Both the position numbers and the translations under genes were made by a program. A DNA stretch of 64,000 nucleotides from Pecten maximus. Lineage: Eukaryota. The stretch lies in assembly GCF_902652985.1 (NCBI RefSeq), contig NC_047030.1, positions 14,198,001 to 14,262,000 on the forward strand, read 5' to 3'. Shown piece after piece: positions 38,693-52,467 of the stretch. Positions within the stretch are counted from its first letter, which is position 1. Each line of letters begins with the position of its first letter. The notes beneath the pieces were generated by a model. The model saw only the letters and a list, made by a program, of their open reading frames with translations. It was not told the origin of the DNA and searched no databases.

Positions 38693-39192
38693 NNNNNNNN
38701 NNNNNNNNNNNNNNNNNNNNNNNNNNNNNNNNNNNNNNNNNNNNNNNNNNNNNNNNNNNNNNNNNNNNNNNNNNNNNNNNNNNNNNNNNNNNNNNNNNNN
38801 NNNNNNNNNNNNNNNNNNNNNNNNNNNNNNNNNNNNNNNNNNNNNNNNNNNNNNNNNNNNNNNNNNNNNNNNNNNNNNNNNNNNNNNNNNNNNNNNNNNN
38901 NNNNNNNNNNNNNNNNNNNNNNNNNNNNNNNNNNNNNNNNNNNNNNNNNNNNNNNNNNNNNNNNNNNNNNNNNNNNNNNNNNNNNNNNNNNNNNNNNNNN
39001 NNNNNNNNNNNNNNNNNNNNNNNNNNNNNNNNNNNNNNNNNNNNNNNNNNNNNNNNNNNNNNNNNNNNNNNNNNNNNNNNNNNNNNNNNNNNNNNNNNNN
39101 NNNNNNNNNNNNNNNNNNNNNNNNNNNNNNNNNNNNNNNNNNNNNNNNNNNNNNNNNNNNNNNNNNNNNNNNNNNNNNNNNNNNNNNNNNNN
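38693..39192. other. Assembly gap (500 N)
   Basis: Round-number N run; the true size is unknown. Confidence 0.99.
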
Positions 39193-39869
39193 AGCAAATA
39201 TATATATTTTCAGAAACTGGGCAAACTGGTGTACACTGCTACCTCATAAAAGGCTGAAAAAAGTTATTTGAAAATAAAAACGTGATTTATTATGCATGGT
39301 TAAGCTTCCTTCACATGAACTATTGTTCAAATTCACATAAAACATTTTAAAACATTGCTCATTACCTAATTTTCATCAGTGATAGAAAAAGGGAGATAAC
39401 TCGCTCACCTGTTCTTGATATTAAATTACCTGGGTAATTATAATGTACTAGTCATATATATATATTAATGCTTTTATTTTCCTAAAGTTCTATTCATGAT
39501 CGATCAATTATCGATATGATGATGATCGATCATGAACTTATTAGTTTCCAAAACTACTGAAGAAGTTGCAAAATTTTCAAGTAAACAAAAAAGACAATTT
39601 CCCAATTTGCTCGACATGAACCACTGACAAAGACACTGATACTGACTTTGAACTATGGGGAAAGTCTCAAAATATCAATTTAATGAAATGGCTATGTCAA
39701 ACACACAAACAATTTTCCTTCTCTCATTTGTATCATTATGCTCGACTGGGGAATTCATACAAAAAAGGGATTTTCCTTGCGCAAGTGTGATTAATTAACA
39801 ATTTTCTCCAAGATTGATATCGGGGCGATTCGATTCCCATCAAATCTTGGATATTCCTATCTGAAAGAG

Positions 39870-40632
39870 TTTATCCTATTTTTTCGAGGATATTTGTCCA
39901 AATGTAGATATTGTCGAATTGCTATGAAATTCGGTATGTGGGTAGACTACATCATGGGACACCAGTTACTTGTAACCTCACTTTAAACATTTTTTAAAGA
40001 AAATGACAGCCATTTGAAATGGTTTCCCAGCCTCTGATTGGTCTAAATTAAGATATTGTCTGATTTAAATGAAATTTGATATGTAGGTACATCATGGGAC
40101 ACTGTCCCTCTGGTCACCTCATTTTCAAGTTTTACCAAAATAGTCATCATTTCCTGGCCTCTGAATGGTCCAAATTTAGATATTGTTTGAATTCAATGAA
40201 ATAGGGGTATTATGGGACAGCAAATTCAGCTGTATGGGATTCATTTCCTTAGCAACAAGACAGTTTCACTTATTTTTGTTTAACGTCCTATTAAAAGCCA
40301 GGGTCATTTAAGGACCTGCCTGGTTTTGGTGGTGGTGGAAAAGCTGGAGTACCCGGAGAAAAACCACAGACCTACGGTCAGTACCAGGTAACTGCCCCAC
40401 GTCACGTGGGTTTCGAACTCCCAACCCTGAGTTGGACAGCTAGGCTACCCTTGTGATAAAATGTTGGGACACCTTAACCACCCGGCCCTCGCGACCTAAC
40501 AATTAACACATAGTCCTATTATTGGTTGAAATAGATATTGAGCGATTTTGATGAAAAGTGCCGAACAGAGTTAACGCCCCTCACTACGCTTCATTCTTTC
40601 TGTGACATCCTTCAGGTGTCGCCCAACTAGTA
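39870..40632. mobile_element. Helentron/HINE-like non-autonomous repeat with ~130-bp internal units, interrupted by a SINE
   Basis: Recurring GGTCCAAATTTAGATATTGT...ATGAAATT.GGTATGT.GGT...CATCATGGGACAC units. Family assignment is by resemblance only. Confidence 0.4.
40272..40496 (-). mobile_element. tRNA-derived SINE, near full length
   Basis: On the minus strand: A-box-like GGCCGGGTGGTTAAGG, B-box GAGTTCGAAACCC, core GGTTTTTCTCCGGGTACTCCAGCTTT, tail GGACGTTAAACAAAAA. Confidence 0.8.
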
Positions 40633-42669
40633 TGAAGACACGGAAAATATTTCGATGGAAACTATGGATACAATACTGTAACAGTTGTAAAGTTGTTCTT
40701 GCTGCATATCCCAATGGAAAGACTCATGTAGGAATTTACGCATATTTACTCTGTTTATAATTTCATTAGGTGCATGTTTTGTTGAGGCCCAAATATTTTG
40801 TATTGTCAATACTTTCTTTTCTTTCTTTTATTGTAAAATAAAATATATGTGTATATATAAATTTACCTCTTCAAATTCAATATTCAAGTTCCGCAATTGC
40901 GTACAATGTGAACAAAAACTCATTGGTGTGTGTATTGAGAACGTATACTATGTATAATTGAGAGATGTGTCGCTATGCGTATGTATCGATAGACTGATAC
41001 TTGTCTCAATGAATGCACGCGCTTCTATAGCGGTTCGTATCCACGCATAACAAAAAAGGGAAAATGTCTGCCCGTCCTTAGATACGACACTATCATAACT
41101 GGGGATTGTCTCGGATACGATTTTTGGAAATCTGTACATGTATTTTTTTTTTTTAAATCTTAATTGGATGCTTTTTAACTTGCACTGTCAGCTTTAACTC
41201 TACTGGCTATATATCTTTCTGTGACTCATCCGTCAATCATTACAATATCGTGAATTTTATTGACCATTTCTGGGGTTGCAACATTGACAGGCCTTCCTTG
41301 ACGGGGGATCCTCCTCAAGTCTCTGTTTGCGGCGCTTAAATTCCGCCATCCACCTTTTAACTGTAGCATATAAAGGGGCATCTTTCCCTTGTGTTGCTAC
41401 CATATCATTTTGGATATCAATATAAGTGTTAAACCTTTTTTATGCAAATATTGGATCACTGCTCTTTCACTGATTTTGACCATTTTACAAATGCCGCGCG
41501 TCTTGTTTACGTTAGAGTGCTAACCAAATGTGACTAGTCCGTGGGTTCATGACCTTATAAAGTCAGGGAGTAGTATGGCATAAAAAGGACATCTTTGAGT
41601 AACTCTTTCAAAACAAAGCTCACAACTTGTCAATCATCATTCGTATCTTATTGCACTGATCTTTGCGACCATAGGATTTTGGCAACAGGCATAGCCTCTT
41701 AAAGTCCTCTCCATATAAGGATAACATTACATGCACATCATTACACCAATATGTATCTATACTATTTCACATTAGTTAATACTATGTTAAATTGGGGAAC
41801 TATTATAATAACATTAGATTAAACAAAATAAACCATCGTATATCAATCCTTTAATTTATATCAATTTATAAATATTAACTTTGACAAGCTATTGTTTACC
41901 ATTCTCTAGACTTTGAACTCACATCCTATTTATTTACAAGTATACTGTACACAAACTCACACATTTGTCAATAAAATGTAGTAAAAGATATTGTCAAAGT
42001 GTGTGGGAAGATGTCCGGACAAGATTTAAAAACTCAAATAAGATAGAGCTTATCAAGATTTTTGCAAAGAGTGTTGATTAAAATGCCGATCCAAATAATA
42101 CAGCTTTATATGATTATAAAGTCCTTTAAGATCATCAAATGTTAGTAGATCTCCGAACAGAAATCAAATATTAAAATAAAGCATAATAATATAGTTTAAT
42201 CAAGATAAGCTAAATATCTTGTTTCTAACGCTATCATGTAAAATGTGTCAAAGACAATCACTTGAATATGTAGAAGATAATAATTTAATTAAATCAGTGA
42301 AGTGAATTAAAGTACTCTTTTTTTAATTATAACTTTCAATTGTAGATTAAGAAGACACAGCTACAGTATATATTTGTTTTTATAAAAAAAACTACTGGGC
42401 CTCAATGAGATCGGTTGAAACACGGCGAAGATCTTCGGTCAAGGTTCAGGTAGTGAAATGAACAATAGACAACTAATTTGGCAAAACAAATATAGTAGAA
42501 TCAAAATGCTGATCAGCAATTTTATATCAAGAGTAACCGGTAAGCGGAGGCAAACCCAGGACAAACAAAATGTATGCCGGATGGCTCGTTTAGACTAAAA
42601 ATGCAGAAACATAAACGCTATTTAAGTACATGTATTAGTATTCTGGTATGGAAAGGAAAATATAAATAC

Positions 42670-44283
42670 CTGCTTCCAAAAGTTCTTTTTCCAGTTTTTC
42701 AACATCTGTTGGTTTACATGCATACATGATACGGTCTACTTTCCTGCCATACGTCGGCTGTAGTCCAATGCACTTTTCCACAGCTTCGAAAACTTGTTTG
42801 ATATCCCTGCATTTCTGTTGAAACTCATCATCAGCTGGCACATGCGATAGTTCAATGTGCGAAATGTGATTACGAAACTGTCGAAGTTTGTCAACACATG
42901 CCTGAAGGCTGAAATCTGATTTCAGAGGTTTTGTGTTCCATATGCTTGGTTGAATTAAAATTTCATCAGTAAGAAAATTTCTTGCAATTACATACATCAA
43001 GGTCACGTCTAAATGTTCGTAAGAAATATCACTTTTGTATAAGCAGTCTTTATGCATATTATACAGTTGTTTGCATTCACTTTCAAATTTAGTTTTTCGA
43101 TCTTCTAATCTTAAAAGTTTTCTCAAGTGTTCATCGGATTTTCCAAAAGGATTCCTATTTTTCAATATTTCGCGCATCATTTCCTGGCATGTGTATGTTG
43201 AGAGATACCACACTCTCATGCCATTGAAAGATTTGCCATTAAATATGGTTGATGTGGATTTGTCTTCTGTTTGTTCACTTTGACATTCAGGGATGGACAT
43301 TTCACTGATCTTTTCTTCATCTTCCACCCCCTCAGCATGTCCTTGGTCACTTCAAGATATAACAATACATATGACTTTCAACATTGCTGCTGTCTCTTAA
43401 ACTCTTTCTTGCGTGGTTTGCTAGACATAAGTATTTGATAAATTCAGATGTAGTAACATAGAATCTGACGGTGCTGGTGAAAAAGATCCAGCATTTAATA
43501 TGTTATAACTCTCAATAAAAGCATACAGAAGACCACGGTAGGGTGCGATAAAACTTATTTTGCATTCTAACATAAATATATCAAAACATTGTTATTCAGA
43601 TATATAATCAAGATAGTAACGTAAGTTATAATTATATGAAATATCCTTAAGATTTATCAATTGTACTAATTAATACTTTTTTCTTAAAATATACTAATAG
43701 AAAGTCATTGTTCATTTAGCATGTATAATGTACATATAATTATTCTTTGCAAAAGGAGGTGTTTCTTGATCCAATATATTCGTAAAAATCGTATAGTTCA
43801 TTTAATAAACAATATCAGAATCAGTTTGATGATGCCATAATCTTCTTACATGACAGTTCTTGGCTAGAGCAAATGTGTTGATGCTATATTTCTTGTTTGT
43901 ATGACTAATGTTAGGATATAGGTTTAAATAGCAAAGACGCTTATACAGGTATTAGCATGTTTTGTCTTGTCATAAATTGAAATTTTTTTGCAATACATTT
44001 TTTTCTAGAAATCGAATTTAGATAAAACCTAATCTCATCTTGTTTCTATTTTTTATTTTAATGTATCTATCTGTACTGTAATATTAACAGTAACATATGA
44101 TGAAATGTGTATTGCTAGTACTTACAGATCCACAACTTCCTGGTAAAGCCAAGATTTTTTATTTTCATCTGCATTATCGTTTTGGTCCTCTGCGGTATGC
44201 TCTTCTTCTGCAGACTGTTGTTGGGTAACCCCTTCCGTCTCTGACGACGTGGGTTGATATGACCGATCCACTCCGTTCCACAT
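42670..44283 (-). CDS. N-terminal exons (44283-44126, 43349-42670) encoding an acidic linker and a DZIP3-like HEPN domain; likely the same gene as the STAND-ankyrin exons
   Basis: MWNGVDRSYQPTSSETEG...EVVD joins by a phase-2 GT-AG intron to LDQGHAEGVEDEEK.... The domain shows LDVTLMYVIARNF, PSIWNTKP and DKLRQFRNHISH (Rx4H at 42857-42874). The phase-1 donor at 42670 fits the exon at 38388. Total 5175 nt, about 1724 aa, if no exon is hidden in the gap. Confidence 0.82.
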
Positions 44284-47200
44284 GTCTAAACCTTGAGTGA
44301 GATAACATGGAGCTAACTAATTTGGCTCAATAGTTTGATCATTTCACAGGCCCAAGGCTTACAAACATGAGCTCAGTGTTATATAATGATATATATATAT
44401 ACATGCCTGTGTATCTAAATCAGTCAGGATATGGTCAAGTGTTCTAACCTATATGTTGACAATTCCGACTAATATATCACTCTTTCATCTGAATACCACC
44501 ACACTATTGCACTGTCAAAATGTTTGGTTCTCAAGGGAACACACCGTTCAATGATTAATCTGTCATTGCTGCAAAGCATGGCTCAGAGAGGTGTTCGAGG
44601 ATCGAAAATAAGCACGGCATTTATTAGTGTACGTGGGGATCGGATTTTTGTCTCCACTTTCGGTTTGCGTGTGTTTAATGTTGTTATAGTCCGTTTCATT
44701 GTTCAGTTTGTATGTAAGATAGTGTTTGTATTTTACGGGTTTCTTGTAGGGAATTGGTATATATTAAAGCTTTTTGATTCTCCCGAGACCCATGTTATGA
44801 TACAATGCTGTTGATAGAAATTTGGAATTACGACATCCATGTACCGTCTTTACACATCATATTGTTCTACAATGATTAAAATGTTAACATTATAAAATCA
44901 GGAATGGGTTACAAATAAAACGCTCTTAAATCTAATTCTAAATCTTTTTTCCCTCTAAAATGTGAAAGTAACATAACTTAACATCATCCTAAATGAATGA
45001 TAGGAAATAATTAAGCCAGTCAAAGAAGTGTTATGTTTTCTAAATGGAAAATATATGTAGACAAACATTGCCCTACCGCATTATGTAGGTACTATTGAAT
45101 ACACAAAATGAAAGAGTCGAAAAGCTTTAATTGCAGAATGCTTAGCTGTAGGAAAGTGCCTAAATTGCGATGCGATTGTAAACCTTTTTCCAATGGCTTT
45201 TATATCACCGTGACTTCACAATATATCAAAAAAGCTATGATCTTTGTTTTGACACTGATATGAATATATAAAACATGTCTTAAAGTAAAGTACGACCTTG
45301 CTTTATTTTAAATACAATCATCATCTTCGTGCTAGTGATCATGTTAACAACTACCGTACTGTTATACCTGTCTGTTGACTAATAACTGTTAAAAACGATA
45401 TTATGAAGATACAATGTAAGTGCTTACATTTGTCATTATTTATTACTCAATATTATGGATATGTTCTCCCTGTGATATATCTTTTAAAGTATGCAAATGG
45501 TACGTATACAGTTCACATGAAGCAGGTAATACCAAGAAATTCTATTTTTAACGTTTGTATTCACGGTAAAATGTTTTACCATTGCCAACTTAATTTGTTA
45601 GCTTTTAAACGATGTACAGTATACAATATATATTAAAACTTGTTTTCATGGTTCGTCTTATAAATATTTTATCTTCGCCTGTACGTGAGTAACTACTCCA
45701 TGCTACATTTGGACAATATCTATCGCATGGTATCTACATGTAGTACATCCGGCGATACTGTTGAAATCTTGTCCTTTGGAATGCGGATGTTATTTAGTTA
45801 CATTATTTGGCCTTTGTGCATGGTTCAATTATAAGTAAAATTTGCTGTTAAAGAGATTTTAATGTGTCGATATAATCACAGCCATCATACATTACAACCA
45901 GATATATGGAGCAATCGAATATGATCGATCACATGATAATTGATTTATATTAAAACAATATCATATGGCTATTGGCTAGGTGTCCAAAATGGCGATATTA
46001 CTCGGTAGATTCTAAGGTAAATAACACGTTCAATTTTATTTGAATACACAAAATACTTACTTGTTTTACATTTTGATCACATTTATCGCTCCTTTATATC
46101 AATGGGCTCGGCTTTTTTCATAATCCTACGAAACAAACCAAAATAATATCCTGAATGATCCACCAGAGAACACTGAAATGCCACGTGACTGTCAGGGTCC
46201 AAGCCAATTAAAACATACCCACTGATGTCATCAGAAGTACAGAGACACGACAGTTAGTCGCAATAAGTAGTGTTGATAGCTATTCGGATGGTTCAGGTTT
46301 GTTACGTAAAGTACATATCACTATTAATAGAATATATTTTTTTGCTAGTGGAGGGGACTTTGCATACATTTAATCATTTAAATAATTTAGACATTTAATA
46401 CTATTCCTCACACAAACAAAGGGGTATTGTGTAGCTCAGTACCGTGACACACTTTCAGGTAACACAAATCATTTTTCTCTATAGTAATGTTTCCATGCAC
46501 TCTTCAGGTGTGCACGTAATGACATGATATGCAACTAACGTACTGTAATCAGTAGAATACAATGATTTCTCCATCATAGAAAGTATATTTCCTCGGCTGA
46601 GGATAATCTACTTTGAAGGGTTAATAAATCATCATATCCTTCAGAAAATAGGCTGATTTATTTCATAACATTTTCCTAACGCTTTCATGTTATAGTATAA
46701 TCACTATCTGTTATTTGATTTGATATAAGGGAAAACGTTTCATTCATATCTACCGTTGTACCCTACATGTGGACGATGAAAGTATAAAGATATTACGAAC
46801 AGTATCAATAGTACATTATCCAATACAAATACACCGCAAGATTCGGAGAGAATAACGTTTCCTCATTGACAGTTCGCTAAAGTAGGTGGGGGTTCAAGGA
46901 CGCCGTATTGCTGGGCACGTGTGTCCGACTGTGTACAGGGGGTTCCTCACGTAAGGAGAAGTCGAACTTGGTTGATCAGTTACTAGGAAGCTTCTTTCAG
47001 GTTAGAGTAGTGACAGTTCTACTTGTAATCTGAATTCGTTCGGCCAAACGACAAATAGGATATGCTGTCGATATTATGGTTCCTCTGGATATTCCGAATA
47101 CCTATTTCTGTGTTGTTGATGAATGTGGACATGTGTATGTTTATTTCCCGCCTACTCAGTGTAAGCCAATCAACGCCCGCGTAAGGTGAGTAAGATGCGG

Positions 47201-48499
47201 ATTACTGGCTGTGTCAGTACATTCAATGTAATCAACACTCGTTAAGGTAGTGAAGTATTTTTGTCTTCCACAGATGGGGTTCAACGGCAGTAACTGACAT
47301 GAAAAATGAGAAAGTTTAATCATAATTACAATAGAATTAATGCACAATTTAACTACTTATATTCAAATCATTAAAAACATGGTTTAAAAAGGAAATATAT
47401 TTTGAGAAATGTCCAAGGCGAGGGATGATATTAACAGTAATGGCCCTCTGTGGAAAGAGCTCGATACAAAGAGCCAGAATTATTTTATTATACCGAACGA
47501 ACTAAACAAATGTAAATTTGCTCGATTATCTAATCAACATATTGAAACATAAAAAATCAACATTTTTAAAACAATTTTCATATATCACACCGGGGATGTC
47601 GTCCTTATACTGCATAAAAATGTATGACGTCATAATGGGGCCCGCGAAAGGTTATCGTCCCGGGGTTATCGACCCGGGGTTGTCGGCCTCGTACTGCTGT
47701 TTCGGGGAAATGTATCAGTTATAGCATGCCACATGGTAACGTTCAGTCCATTGATATCAGTGTAAATAAAAGCGAGATATAATAATATTGCTTGTCTAAC
47801 AGGAGGCTCTGCGGAGGATTGGACAAGAATATCACCTAGAGATTCGCTTGCTGGTTTTCTGCCACATCCTCAATGCAGCGGACTATTACTGTTTTCCTAT
47901 CATTTACTTATTTATTTATTCAGGTCCAGGTGTTCAAATAATGATCAGTTCAATGACCGCGCCAATAGTCATACTATTCATTTTATGAATATGAATATCA
48001 AACTTAATGTTAAAGATTACGTGTACCAGTAGTAATTAGTGTGACATAATCTGACCCCGATCGTTGAGTTCCCCCAGTCATCCGAGTGGATGAATGAACA
48101 TTTTGCTCTTACCCAGGTTCTCTTATGTCTCTTACATTAATGTTGCATCAATGCAACACAATGCTTTAACGTTATTGAATTGTCGAAATGACGCCATTAT
48201 ATTGTTGCCGTGACGTCATTGTATTGTTGCTGTGAGGTTAGTGTATTGTTGCCTGATTGTAATTCCTGTCAAACCTACCATACCCTAGATGAAGGAGCAA
48301 TGGTTTTGGATTAATATAATGTTTGTGCCTTGAAAAATGCTGGAATCGGCCAATCGGTGGGGAAACACAGTCATGCAATAAAACACAAAACCGTGCGTTA
48401 TCATTTCGTTAAGAAATATTGTCAAAATGAAGTCGAAAAATCCAGCTTTAACTAACATATATTTGCAAGCAGTTCTGGAAGATCAATATATAGTGAGAC

Positions 48500-49300
48500 C
48501 ATTGATATACCTTACCACATAAAGATAATACTTAAAAACAAAAAAGGGAAGCCAAGAAATGTATAAAACATTACATAAAACAAATTTAGCTATGCATCAA
48601 GATAGGTGTGGATGTGCTCTGTTTGTATAAAGATTAAAAACATAACAGAATCAAGATTGAAAGTGAAAAATGTCATTTATTAAATCTTCTAAATGACGAA
48701 TAAATTTCATCTTTACTTTTTTGTACAAACTTGTACAAAGTGATCTGTTACATAAAATGGGACTTATATTTAGAACCCCTTTATACAAAGATGGGGAACC
48801 AATTACGCCACCATATAGTCAAACGGTTGGATATACATCCAAATGGTTGGCTATATACCCCCATCCAAAACAAATATCTCAAGTAACGCAACAGAGATAA
48901 AATGGAAAGAAAAAACAACAACACCATACACACCATAAGCTTGGAAAAAGCATTGATAAACAGTTCCATTCACCACAAAAAAAGAAATACTTTTACATTG
49001 ATTTCAGTTCAGGCCACAGGATAGAATAAAAACTACTGTTTAGAATTAATAAACAAAACTCCAGATGACAATTAAAATCTTTGTAACTATCAGAAAGAAA
49101 CTTAAGAACACATACCTTGGAACTGCGAGAAAGTTATAAGAATCTGGAGGAACATTGAACTTTGGGTATTAGAAATAACACAAATAAATCTAACCCAAAA
49201 TATCAAGAACATTATATTTGGTATTTAAACAACTGATCAAAAACAAAAAATTCCAAGCAATTTCATAATACTGTTAACTATTTATCATTTATTGACCTGA
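48500..49300 (+). mobile_element. Decayed 3' fragment of an L1/Tx1-like LINE
   Basis: 49079-49166 reads LCNYQKET*EHIPWNCEKVIRIWRNIELW, resembling the C-terminal CCHC (zf-RVT) motif. Boundaries are approximate. Confidence 0.45.
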
Positions 49301-51659
49301 TGAGAGGATGAGTGTAAGTTGTTTGTGTTATTGTTATGTGGTAATGTTTATGTTAGAGAGTATGAGATGTGTAACATTTGCCAGTTGTGTGGGCCCGTGT
49401 GGGGACATTGTTTATATTTTGAAGGCTGACCCCAAGGCCCAAACCTTGGCAGCTTTCCAATGTATTCATGTTCTGGGGTATTTACATGTTTGTGTATATG
49501 AAAAAAAACCATTTCATTTATTTGTCATTATTCATGCTGATGATGTTTTATGTCTGTGTGTTTGTAAATAAAGAAATATCTATTGTAATAATGTGAAAGA
49601 AATCTCCATTACAATTGAATATGATAAAAATCATCTATTTTGGTGATCTTCTTTTATACCATAAAATGAACTACCGAATTATCCTAATCTTTTCTGAACT
49701 TTTAGAAAAAAACATACTGAAGTGTTATTTTTACAAAAGTACTGAATGAAAATAATCCAAATGAGAAAACTACTCTGTGATTTAATCCATTAGGTGGTAG
49801 AGGTATCGAGTCTTTTCATTCCTATGAATCGTATACATGTGCGGTGTACGTGTATATGCATCATACACGTTTTGAATAGAAAAGAGAATAAGATAGAATA
49901 CGGTATACAACATAAAATTGTGATTAAATGCAATGAGGTAACAAATATTGGAAAGCTACAGTTCAATTTGTGAAATTGAAAAAAGTTAGTTGAATATTTT
50001 TAACTAACATAAGTTATTTTTTAAATAATTGATATGATTTTATCGAGATACGTACGGGTGAGAGAAAGCGGAAGCTTTAAATGCTCATTCAATGAGTATA
50101 TGGATACTCATAATTTATGACTAATCATCTTTAACTTAACATGGTATCATCTTGACAAACAATGGAAGAGCTGACATGCATGTTCGAGGGGAGGTGTTTG
50201 CTAAACCAAAGATAGGTATGTGTCTAATACTATGGATATGTAACTGGAGTGGAGTACTAACGTGTGCACCTGTTCTGCGTACATATGCTTAATACTTCCC
50301 GGCGTTATCGGACCAATCCAAGTTCGGATTTAGTTGTTGTTTATACTATCGGCCTGAGGAATTTATGACTTAAGACATATAAATAGTTAACATAGATTTA
50401 TTAACAATAACAAGAAATGACAGTGCCTAAAAAAAATATTCCAGACACCTACAAAAGTGCAATGATGATAATACTGAGGCTCTGGGTGGCTAGCTCCAAA
50501 AATTGTACTAAAAACTTGTTATTTATATGTAAAGATAATTATGTAAATCGAAGAGAGTTTTATGTTATCTTTACGTGTGTGGTGTTAGAATGAGGACATT
50601 ATATGCATTCGTATGTTTATAGTAAATTCCTGATATACATTTGATATCTGAAAGTGTGTGTTTATGATATTCTAATTATGTGAGTGTGGGAAAGGTGTTT
50701 GGTAAATCCGAATAATGCAGGTGTAAGTGTTTTCCAATGTGTATGTGCTAATGACTTGTTATATACATGTACGTGTGTATGCGAGCATGTTGCTAGAATG
50801 GGCAGTGCTAATAATAAAGGTGTTTGTGAAGTCCCTATTATGTATTATAAATGAGAATTAAATATGAGCAAAACCAACAATTACATGTAAGAGCCATTTT
50901 TTAGCACAAAATACATAAATTTGTATGTATATTATATAAAGGGGCTATAATGAAACTTTAAAAAAAAATTCACAATCCGACAGAAACGTAGTTAGGTATG
51001 ATAATACATCTAATGGGACTCGTAATCAATTTCGTTTTCAAACTAATTTTCTTAAACAGTTTGGAAATACTAAATTTTTGATACAACTGCCTCCCTCAGA
51101 AATATGTAATTCATTACTACCATCGTTGCTTGTAATAAGTTCACCTGTTTAAATTTTCAATGAATAAATTTTGAAAACCGCTGAAGAGATCTTGATGTAA
51201 TTTGTTTTATTTACTAAGTATGAATTATTTCCCTTGCTACAGTATGTAATCAAATGCTGAAGATGTATGCTTCTTTTCATTATTGATGCATGAATAGCAA
51301 AAAGCATACTCATATTTAGACATCATTATCCGTATTGCGTCAAGTCCGTATATAGTTTAGATTAATTTTCAAGAAAAAATTAAAATTACAATTTTTTGCT
51401 TAATTTGATTGGCCCCAAGTATTTACTTAGTTATCAACTTGTTGAATGTATAATGTATGTGATATCATATTTTGCTGCAACTAAAGTATTATAGTTCTAG
51501 AATGATGCGAACATAAGCGGGTCCTAGTATCACTAAGCTTTCTATACCAGTATTAGGGGTGAAACTGTCAGAGGTCTGAGTGTTCCGAACACATATGTAC
51601 ACTTGCCATAAGACATTTAGCTTTTGACAATGGTTAATATTGCTTATAAATATTCTGGA

Positions 51660-52200
51660 ACACTTGGACACATCAACAATAATAGTAATAACTTCTCATA
51701 CGACAGAGGTCTAGATATTGCTGTCACTTTATCTTTTTGTAGAGTACAAAAGTAGTGGTTTAATAGCTATATAACTAATAGAAAACAATGAGTTATAACA
51801 TAATGGCATTTTTCTTCATTCAAAAATGTCGATGCTGGGGTCCCCCAAGGGTCTGAACTGGGGCCTTTTCTTGTTCTTCTATACATTAATGACCTACCAC
51901 AAATCAAGTAAAACTTTTCGCTGATGATACATCCTTATATGCAGTAGTTGATGATAACCAAGCAGCGATAGCTGGTACCCTGAACACAGATCTAGAAAAA
52001 TATCTTTGAGAAATACTACAAACGATTGAACATTCTAAAAAGTTTGAAAAATAAAATAAATAGAAAAAACATTTATAACTATGTACGTAACATTTATAAG
52101 ACCAATACTAGAATATTCACCTGTAGTTTGGGATAATTGCAATAATACATGTAAACACTTGATAGAATCAATACAGCTAGAAGCTACACGTATTATCCCA
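51660..52200 (+). mobile_element. CR1/L2-type LINE reverse transcriptase relic, left part
   Basis: [21 protein letters not shown] (from 51837), KLFADDTSLY (FADD at 51917-51928), MYVTFIRPILEYSPVVWDNC...IESIQLEATRII; internally deleted. Confidence 0.85.
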
Positions 52201-52467
52201 GGACTCGTATGCATAAAAGTTCTAAGTATTTTCCTAAGTTTATACTTAAGTAAATTTTCAATCTGCTTTATTAAGCAAGTTGCTTTAATTCCGTTGCATA
52301 AAAATTCTAAGCACCATACTTAGTTGTTTTTTGTAAAGCATATTGCAATCTTCTTAAATGGCTCGTTGCCAAAGGCGTGACATCCCGATTCCCGTACTTT
52401 ATGTTTACAAACATCTGCACGTGGAAAAAAAACACGTGCCTGTCGTCTGCTTGTCAAGTTATTGAAA

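Noticed and set aside
38607-39257. Three ~190-aa ORFs in the track
   Set aside because: Artefacts of translating the N gap.
40400-40496. tRNA gene
   Set aside because: The A/B boxes continue into a SINE core and tail; no convincing cloverleaf.
46550-47790. Further Crypton-like relics (decayed hairpin 46560-46640; TTATTATACCG...GATATAATAA-bounded segment 47484-47785; similar at 4330-4555)
   Set aside because: Suggestive but too degenerate to delimit without an alignment to a repeat library.
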